Shown: positions 58,180 to 64,000 of the stretch, piece by piece | Position numbering within the stretch: position 1 is the first letter of the stretch | How the letters are laid out: each line of letters opens with the position of its first letter | Source of the DNA: Nitrososphaera sp. | Lineage (GTDB): Archaea; Thermoproteota; Nitrososphaeria; Nitrososphaerales; Nitrosopumilaceae | Length of the DNA: 64,000 bases | Reading direction: 5' to 3' | Assembly: GCA_039938575.1 (NCBI GenBank) | Contig: JBDUUJ010000079.1 | Span: 10,067-74,066, forward strand | Program-made: the position numbers and the translations under genes | Notes under the pieces: model-generated | Database searches by the model: none | What the model was told of the DNA's origin: nothing | The model's input: the letters and a program-made list of their open reading frames with translations, nothing else

Positions 58180-60282
58180 TTAGCTAAGTATGAACGGCGA
58201 TTTACATGCAGGGCATTTGTCAAAGAGTTTTTCATCCTTGAAGCCGCAGTTGCCGCAGATCGGCACCTCTTTGCTTGGCCTAAATGAGCCTACCAGATCG
58301 CCGGCTTTCTCTATTGCCTTCCTGATATCGTCTGTTTTGGAGTCCTTCTCAAAGCGGAGTCTGACTAAAAGCCCGCCGTTGAGGAGTTTGGCTACCTTGT
58401 TTGTCTCGGCAACCTTTTCTGCCTTGGGGCTCAAAGAGTCGATCTCAGACGATAAAATGACTACACCTTCCGAATAACTTTCCCCTTCGAGGGATTTTAG
58501 AACCGACATTTTACCATATTTTTCTCCGTCAAGGGAGCCAAACCTTGCTGTTCCGTCGCTCTCAGTCATGCAGACTACCACTGTGTCGCCCATCTCTTTG
58601 CCCTTCTTTTCTGCCACATCTACTGCAGTTTGGATCACTTTGTGGATCACGTCACGGCCTTCCTTGTCGTCGTTGTATCCAAGTATGCTAAAGACTGCTT
58701 CTTTGAGGCCTACCAAATTTACTACAAGGCAGATTGAGCTTCGTTGCATGTACTGCGTGTTTGCCGCCAGGACCGGGTTTAGTCCCCTTCTTGTGAGATC
58801 GGAGATGTCTTTTTTGCGCAACGACATTGCTGCAAGGGCAGGCTTCATCAGCAATGCAAGTCTGGCCCTAAAATAAGTCTCGTCCTTGTTTGACTCAAAC
58901 GCAAGTCTTGGCAGGTTGATCGTAAGTGACTGCAAGTTGATCGATGACGTACTGTTTTTTCCTTTGATCCTCAAGACGCCACTGTACGAAGACTCGTCCT
59001 TTGAGAAGAGGACTTTGCCTCCAAGCGAAATTATCTCTGCAACTGTCTGAGACACATCTGCGATCTTACCTGATGCGTAATCGATTATGATGCCCACTTG
59101 GGGCGCCGGAGTCATCTTGACATAAGTCTTGTATGCGTTCAGTATTGCTTGCACCACCTTTGGTTCTGCGCTAAGCTGGAGCCTAAATGAGACTAGAGTT
59201 GGCTCTTTTGTATACTTGGATGATACAGAGGAGGTGGCAAATGCACCCACTAGTTTTTCTTCAAGCTCAGAGAGGTTCTTTGCATACTTTGAGCAAAGTT
59301 GTACGAGGCCGTCAAGAACCACTTCCTTTGAGGCTTCCTTTGAGACAAGCGAGATCATCATAGAAAGAGATGACATGAGGTTGTCAAGTGTCTTTACTGT
59401 TGGAATTCTTGTGACGCCTAGATATTTGCCTTTGAGATCAAGTCCGTCCTCGATGAGCTCCTTTATGTTAAAGAAGATCGTGTCTGGCAAAAGCGACCAT
59501 ATGCCTGGATTTGAGATGTGAATGTCGCCTGAGAGGTGCGAGTCTGCCACATCCTTTGGAAGGGTATTTAAAAGGAGGTTTTCTGCAAATACTGCCTGGC
59601 CTGCCTTAAAGAAGAGGCCCTGTGAACCATTATCAATATTGTCTACGTTTGTGAGCATCTCTTGGACGTCAAATACTGGCATCCCGAGCCTGGCAAGTTT
59701 GTTTCTGTACTCTTCGTGGCCGTGCTCAAGGAGTACAGAGTTTACCATTTCTCGGATAAGTGAGCCTGTAAGGTAGGTGGTCTGGTATTTGTAGATGCGG
59801 TTTTCCACCTCTTCTGTGATTTTTTGGGCAAGTTCCAGAGGAAGGCTGCCTTCTCGAACCAGTGACTGGATTATCTTGTGCGAGTTGAACTCTTCGATGG
59901 ATTCGTGCGAGGTTCTCACATACATCTTGCCGCTTTCGATGATTGAACGCTCCTCGATCTGCCTTGCAAGACTCAGTACTAGCTTGCCAAGATTTGTGAT
60001 TGTGTACCTGCGCTCCGATTTGTTTAGTGCAACAAGTGATTGTCTGAGAAGCTTTCTTAGGTGGTACGCAAATTTCCCACTTTCTTTTTTTGACTTGAAG
60101 CCTGCAAGTGATTTAAGCTCGGAATAAGTAAGTGGCCCCTTTGAGTTGAGGATCCGCAAAATGTCGATCCTGTTGGGGCTTGCCATTACGGAGAAGATCA
60201 TCCTGACACGCTTTGATGTGGATTGTAAAATGCCACCGCTCTTCTTGGGATCTACTGTCCCAGTGGCCACTTCGATGCTCAT
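58180..60282 (-). CDS. ArsR-HTH + ATP-cone + NrdD-like (class III RNR-derived) protein, apparently catalytically inactive
   Basis: HTH (NRIDILRIL..TYSEL..FAYHLRKL), ATP-cone, HLSGDIHI, TINLPRLA, NLVGLKEA, C-terminal CxxC..CxxC; no RxxGY glycyl motif. Confidence 0.85.
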   Translation of the reverse strand: MSIEVATGTVDPKKSGGILQSTSKRVRMIFSVMASPNRIDILRILNSKGPLTYSELKSLAGFKSKKESGKFAYHLRKLLRQSLVALNKSERRYTITNLGKLVLSLARQIEERSIIESGKMYVRTSHESIEEFNSHKIIQSLVREGSLPLELAQKITEEVENRIYKYQTTYLTGSLIREMVNSVLLEHGHEEYRNKLARLGMPVFDVQEMLTNVDNIDNGSQGLFFKAGQAVFAENLLLNTLPKDVADSHLSGDIHISNPGIWSLLPDTIFFNIKELIEDGLDLKGKYLGVTRIPTVKTLDNLMSSLSMMISLVSKEASKEVVLDGLVQLCSKYAKNLSELEEKLVGAFATSSVSSKYTKEPTLVSFRLQLSAEPKVVQAILNAYKTYVKMTPAPQVGIIIDYASGKIADVSQTVAEIISLGGKVLFSKDESSYSGVLRIKGKNSTSSINLQSLTINLPRLAFESNKDETYFRARLALLMKPALAAMSLRKKDISDLTRRGLNPVLAANTQYMQRSSICLVVNLVGLKEAVFSILGYNDDKEGRDVIHKVIQTAVDVAEKKGKEMGDTVVVCMTESDGTARFGSLDGEKYGKMSVLKSLEGESYSEGVVILSSEIDSLSPKAEKVAETNKVAKLLNGGLLVRLRFEKDSKTDDIRKAIEKAGDLVGSFRPSKEVPICGNCGFKDEKLFDKCPACKSPFILS

Positions 60283-60345
60283 TGGTATGCCTAAAGATCA
60301 GTAGTAAATAAGATTTGTGCTGTAATTTGCAACAACCTTTTTTGA

Positions 60346-60507
60346 TCAGTTCTTGTTTACTTCGACTGAAAATTCTGATGTCGAAAGTGTTTGTCCACAT
60401 GAAGGACATTTGTTGTTGTAGTGTTTCATTACATCTTTGATCGACTTGAGCATCTTCATGTTGGAGATCTTTGCTCCACACTTTCCGCAAATTACTTCAA
60501 CAGACAA
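60346..60507 (-). CDS. Zn-ribbon micro-protein, 53 aa (not in ORF track)
   Basis: MSVEVICGKCGAKIS..NNKCPSCGQTL; TTG start. Confidence 0.7.
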   Translation of the reverse strand: MSVEVICGKCGAKISNMKMLKSIKDVMKHYNNKCPSCGQTLSTSEFSVEVNKN

Positions 60508-60579
60508 CGAACAAAGTCTTTTTCTTGAAACTATTAAGAATCTTTTTTGAAATTTGTTAATTAATTCGCTAAAATTGAT

Positions 60580-60945
60580 TTACTGTTTTTCCAAAAGTAT
60601 GCCGCGGTCGTCGTATCCTATTATCTTGATCTTTGAGCCCACGGGCAATTGGTCTGGCGAGCTGATCCCGCCAAGGAATCCGGATATTCTAAGATCGTAT
60701 CCGTCCAGATTCATTACCACCCAGGCGTAAGGCGTGTACTTTTCAAAGCCAGCAGGTGGTACCGTGATTATGGTATACGTGGCAACCGTGCCTATTCCCT
60801 CAAGAAATTTGTTCTCAAAGCCCTTGTTGCCGCAGTTTTGACAAAAGTATACTGTTGCAAGATGGAGGTGGCCGCACTTTGTGCATTTTTTCGTGAGGAC
60901 TCTACCAGATTTGAGGGCATCTATGAATTCTTGCTTAATTGACAA
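60580..60945 (-). CDS. DUF35 family Zn-ribbon/OB-fold protein (thiolase partner)
   Basis: KCTKCG..FCQNCG, GTVATYTII, PYAWVV. Confidence 0.92.
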   Translation of the reverse strand: MSIKQEFIDALKSGRVLTKKCTKCGHLHLATVYFCQNCGNKGFENKFLEGIGTVATYTIITVPPAGFEKYTPYAWVVMNLDGYDLRISGFLGGISSPDQLPVGSKIKIIGYDDRGILLEKQ

Positions 60946-60949
60946 GGTC

Positions 60950-62104
60950 TTACACGCTTTTGAAGATGTGGACTGCGCAGCTTGCCCCCGTTGCGCCAAA
61001 ATTGTGGGTAAGGCCTATGTGGGCGTCTTTGACTGTCCTTTCTCCTGCCTTTCCTGTTAACTGCTCAAAAACCTCAACTACCTGTCCTACGCCGGTTGCT
61101 CCGATCGGGTGGCCTTTTGCCTTTAGGCCGCCAGATGGATTTATTGGGATGTCACCATTGCGTGCTGTCCTTCCTTCTCTTACTGCCTGTACTCCTTTAC
61201 CTTTTTCAAAGAACCCTAGGTCTTCTGTATCCACTATCTCTGCTATTGTAAAGCAGTCGTGGACCTCAGCAAAGTCAATGTCTTTTGGAGTTATGCCGGC
61301 CATCTTGTACGCTGCTTGCGCTGCAATCTTTGTACTTGGGATAGTCGTCATATGATCCCTGCCTTGCAGGGTTGCCGGTGATCCTCCCCTTCCTGATCCA
61401 ATAACTTCGATGTAGTTTTTAGAGTGAGCCTTTGCGAATTTTTCGTTACAAAGAATGACTGCACTTGCACCGTCTGAAAACGGGCAGCAGTCGTAAAGCT
61501 TGAGTGGGCTTGCTACAACCGCAGACTTCATCACATCGTCCACTGTGATCTTTTTTCTGAGATGTGCTTTTGGGTTGAGCAGACCGTTGTCGTGGTTCTT
61601 TACTGCGACAAGAGCTAAATCTTCCTCAGTTGCTTTGAATTCAGTCATATAAGCTCGTGCCATTGATGCAAAGAGTCCGGGGAACGATGCACCTGCACCA
61701 CCCTCATAGAAGAAATCAGAACAGTAAGAAAAGTAAGTCGTGGTCCATTCAGTGCCAGTATGTGTTACTTTTTCCACACCCGTGACCAAAACTGCGTCGT
61801 AAAATCCTGCTGCCACATTTGCAAATGCCTCTCTGAATGATACTGAGCCGCTTCCACATGCAGACTCGATTGACAGTGAAGGTTTTTCTGGAATGCCAAG
61901 ATTGCTCATGATTACTGGTCCTAGGTGGACTTGCTTGTCTGCTATCCCAAAGACGTTTGAGATGTAGCCTGCCTGGATCTCTTTTGGATCGATTCCTGCA
62001 CTTTCGATTGCCCCGACTGATGCTTCAATAGTGATATCTGTGATGCTGTCTTGTAATTTTCCATATTTGGTGCTGCCTGCACCAAGAACGCAAACCTTTT
62101 CCAC
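60950..62104 (-). CDS. Archaeal thiolase (acetyl-CoA acetyltransferase)
   Basis: ESACGSG, KNHDNG, SDGASA, AEVHDCF, NPSGGLKAKGHPIGATG. Confidence 0.95.
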   Translation of the reverse strand: MEKVCVLGAGSTKYGKLQDSITDITIEASVGAIESAGIDPKEIQAGYISNVFGIADKQVHLGPVIMSNLGIPEKPSLSIESACGSGSVSFREAFANVAAGFYDAVLVTGVEKVTHTGTEWTTTYFSYCSDFFYEGGAGASFPGLFASMARAYMTEFKATEEDLALVAVKNHDNGLLNPKAHLRKKITVDDVMKSAVVASPLKLYDCCPFSDGASAVILCNEKFAKAHSKNYIEVIGSGRGGSPATLQGRDHMTTIPSTKIAAQAAYKMAGITPKDIDFAEVHDCFTIAEIVDTEDLGFFEKGKGVQAVREGRTARNGDIPINPSGGLKAKGHPIGATGVGQVVEVFEQLTGKAGERTVKDAHIGLTHNFGATGASCAVHIFKSV

Positions 62105-62157
62105 AACACTACCTGACCCAATCCATATAAAAATTCTTCAACCAATTATTCATTGAG

Positions 62158-62607
62158 ATGCGTCGTCCAGCTGGAGCGATTCTGATTACCAAATCTGCAA
62201 GAAACAAGATAAGGATCACTGCTAACAAAGTCAACTTGCTCAGATCCGAGATACGGCAGTATTTTGATAAAAACAGCTATCTGTCGTGGTCTGCAAGCAA
62301 AAAAAAGTACGTCGTTTTGGGTTCAAATGAGCCAAAAAACGGCCTTGTTGTGTGTCCAAGCTGCAAGGTTGGAAAGCTCATGGTGATACGCTCCAGGTCT
62401 ACAAAAAAACGCTTCATTGGATGTTCCAACTATTACAACGGATGCAGGGCCTCATCTCCTCTCCTCCAAAAGGCCATGCTCTGTGTGACAAAGATACCGT
62501 GCGAGCGCTGTCTGTGGCCCCAGCTGCTGTTTCGCTATTCCAGAAGGCAAAAGTGGAAAAAACAGTGCGCAAACATCAACTGTCCCAGTCGGGGCCCTAA
62601 AGCCTGA
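62158..62607 (+). CDS. Topoisomerase-type C4 Zn-ribbon protein
   Basis: CPSCKVGKL..RFIGCSNYYNGC; CERC..CANINC. Confidence 0.75.
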   Translation: MRRPAGAILITKSARNKIRITANKVNLLRSEIRQYFDKNSYLSWSASKKKYVVLGSNEPKNGLVVCPSCKVGKLMVIRSRSTKKRFIGCSNYYNGCRASSPLLQKAMLCVTKIPCERCLWPQLLFRYSRRQKWKKQCANINCPSRGPKA

Positions 62608-63406
62608 GATCAGAGTAAACGTCGGTTCTTCTGTTTTTCAAAAGGGGCAGGGTCTGCCTTGTCTTTCTTACCTTGGCAGATTCTATTTCTGCATATCCTA
62701 TTCCTTGTTTTTTTTTCATATCGAGAAGGATATTGCCAAAAGGATCTACTACCAGGCTTCTGCCGCAGTATATGTTTCCCACCTGATCTGGCGCTATCAC
62801 ATAGCACCCGTTTTCAATTGCACGGCTTTTGTTCATCGTGAGCCAGTGATCTACTTTGTTTTTGCCTTTGACCCAGGCAGACGGCACAACAAGAATCTCA
62901 GAGCCGGATGTTGCAAGAATGCGCGACATCTCCGGAAAGCGCAGATCATAACATATGAGCATGCCAAGTTTGCCTGCACCGGTATTGACAGGCTTTGAGA
63001 TTTTCGAGCCGGCTGCCAGTTTTGCAGATTCTTTGAATCCAAGTGCATCATAAAGGTGGAGCTTGCGATATTTTGAGACAAGTTTGCCGGCCTTGTTTAT
63101 GACAAAGGCGGTATCATAAACTCTGTTTTTGAGTTTGCTTTTTTCATACATCGTGCCGACCACGAATATAGAATGTTTTTTTGCGGCCGCTGAAATTGCC
63201 TTTACAAAATCTCCATTAATTGTTTCCGCAAGTGTGGCAAGTTCTCTTGGTGACTGTTTTGAATTTGTATAAAGCATCATAAATTCCGGAAATGCGCAAA
63301 GCTTTGCGTCGTTGTTTGCAGCTTGTTTGATGTAATTGAGAATTTTTTTTAGATTTTCTTGTTTGTTTGTAGATGCGGTAAACTGTACAACTGCTATCTT
63401 TGTCAT
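62597..63406 (-). CDS. Carbon-nitrogen hydrolase (Nit1-like)
   Basis: FPE, YRKLHLYD, ICYDLRFPE triad. Confidence 0.93.
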   Translation of the reverse strand: MTKIAVVQFTASTNKQENLKKILNYIKQAANNDAKLCAFPEFMMLYTNSKQSPRELATLAETINGDFVKAISAAAKKHSIFVVGTMYEKSKLKNRVYDTAFVINKAGKLVSKYRKLHLYDALGFKESAKLAAGSKISKPVNTGAGKLGMLICYDLRFPEMSRILATSGSEILVVPSAWVKGKNKVDHWLTMNKSRAIENGCYVIAPDQVGNIYCGRSLVVDPFGNILLDMKKKQGIGYAEIESAKVRKTRQTLPLLKNRRTDVYSDLRL

Positions 63407-63442
63407 ACTATGAATAAAAATTGTGAAAATAAAAAGTGATGC

Positions 63443-63619
63443 TTAGAGTGGATTGCCTGCCATGTACCAATTCTCTTTTGGATTGTCCTCAAAGACAACT
63501 ATTACGTGGCTTTCCTTTGTCTTGAGGATCTCAACTGCAGATTTTGTGATTGCTTTTGCAAATTCTTCTTTTTGCTGTTGAGTCCTTCCAGGATACATCG
63601 ACACAGTGATTATTGGCAT
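63443..63619 (-). CDS. 4-oxalocrotonate tautomerase family protein, 58 aa (not in ORF track)
   Basis: M-P1 start; PIITVSMYPGRTQQQKEEFAKAIT..VIVVFEDNPKENW. Confidence 0.88.
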   Translation of the reverse strand: MPIITVSMYPGRTQQQKEEFAKAITKSAVEILKTKESHVIVVFEDNPKENWYMAGNPL

Positions 63620-63650
63620 GAGGGCGTGTTTTTCTTACTTGATTTATTCT

Positions 63651-63998
63651 TTAGTCTCCCCTCCAGCCATACCTTGAGCCGTACATGAATTCTGATTGGT
63701 GTGTCTTTTTGTACAGAAAGCCTGTCGCAAGGCCGATGAGAAAACCTCCTATGTGTGCCAAGTAGGCCACTCCACCAGCACCAAAACCAAATCCTCCAAT
63801 CAAAAAGGGTATTATATTCTGGAAGATGAGCCAGAAAGGCAAGAACCATTTTGCTGGTACATGCGCCATCCTCCAAAAGAACCCCATCATAATGAAGGTA
63901 GTGATCCTTGCGCGTGAAAACATCACAAGATAGGCACCAAGAACACCGGATATTGCGCCTGATGCACCAACGGCCGGAACTGGGCTGCTTGGATCTCC
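63651..63998 (-). CDS. Rhomboid intramembrane serine protease (5'-partial)
   Basis: VGASGAISGVLGAY and AHIGG motifs; frame runs off the window end. Confidence 0.92.
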   Translation of the reverse strand, partial: GDPSSPVPAVGASGAISGVLGAYLVMFSRARITTFIMMGFFWRMAHVPAKWFLPFWLIFQNIIPFLIGGFGFGAGGVAYLAHIGGFLIGLATGFLYKKTHQSEFMYGSRYGWRGD

Positions 63999-64000
63999 AG

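Noticed and set aside
60113-60490. 125-aa minus-strand ORF
   Set aside because: Out-of-frame overlap of the 53-aa Zn-ribbon gene and the start of the NrdD-like gene.
9695-63917. Many 60-200 aa antisense or alternative-frame ORFs in the track
   Set aside because: They overlap well-supported genes and lack motifs. Treated as shadows.

Overview
Chromosomal segment of an ammonia-oxidising archaeon (Nitrososphaerota/Thaumarchaeota; Nitrosotenuis/Nitrosopumilaceae-like, inferred from gene content: multiple-paralog TFB, TFE, thermosome, archaeal riboflavin genes, 3HP/4HB-cycle-type enzymes, leaderless genes). The left end holds an ~8.0-kb integrated element (1002-9027) bounded by a perfect 17-bp direct repeat. 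It encodes a tyrosine integrase, a divergent wHTH protein, coupled micro-ORFs (RHH, Zn-binding), a 582-aa AAA+ ATPase, an HTH protein and an SGNH-like/MBOAT cargo pair. The rest is mostly core genes with several unusual modules: (i) a CARF-like/wHTH regulator facing a DsbA-DUF3179-Cys membrane protein-cupredoxin cluster whose promoters share a TTGAA-N3-TTCAA box at fixed spacing; (ii) a class II RNR (nrdJ) split by a 142-aa mini-intein at its catalytic Cys, next to an apparently catalytically dead NrdD-like protein fused to an ArsR HTH and ATP-cone; (iii) a membrane protein with two copies of the PmoC/AmoC D-x3-H-x12-H metal-site motif; (iv) a CarH-like B12 protein with an IS1634-like N-terminus; (v) a candidate small structured RNA and several small genes missed by the ORF track (metallothionein-like, C2H2, 4-OT, Zn-ribbon). 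One tRNA-Gly(TCC). No rRNA or CRISPR array was seen. All family assignments are from motif recognition by eye; no database search was run.
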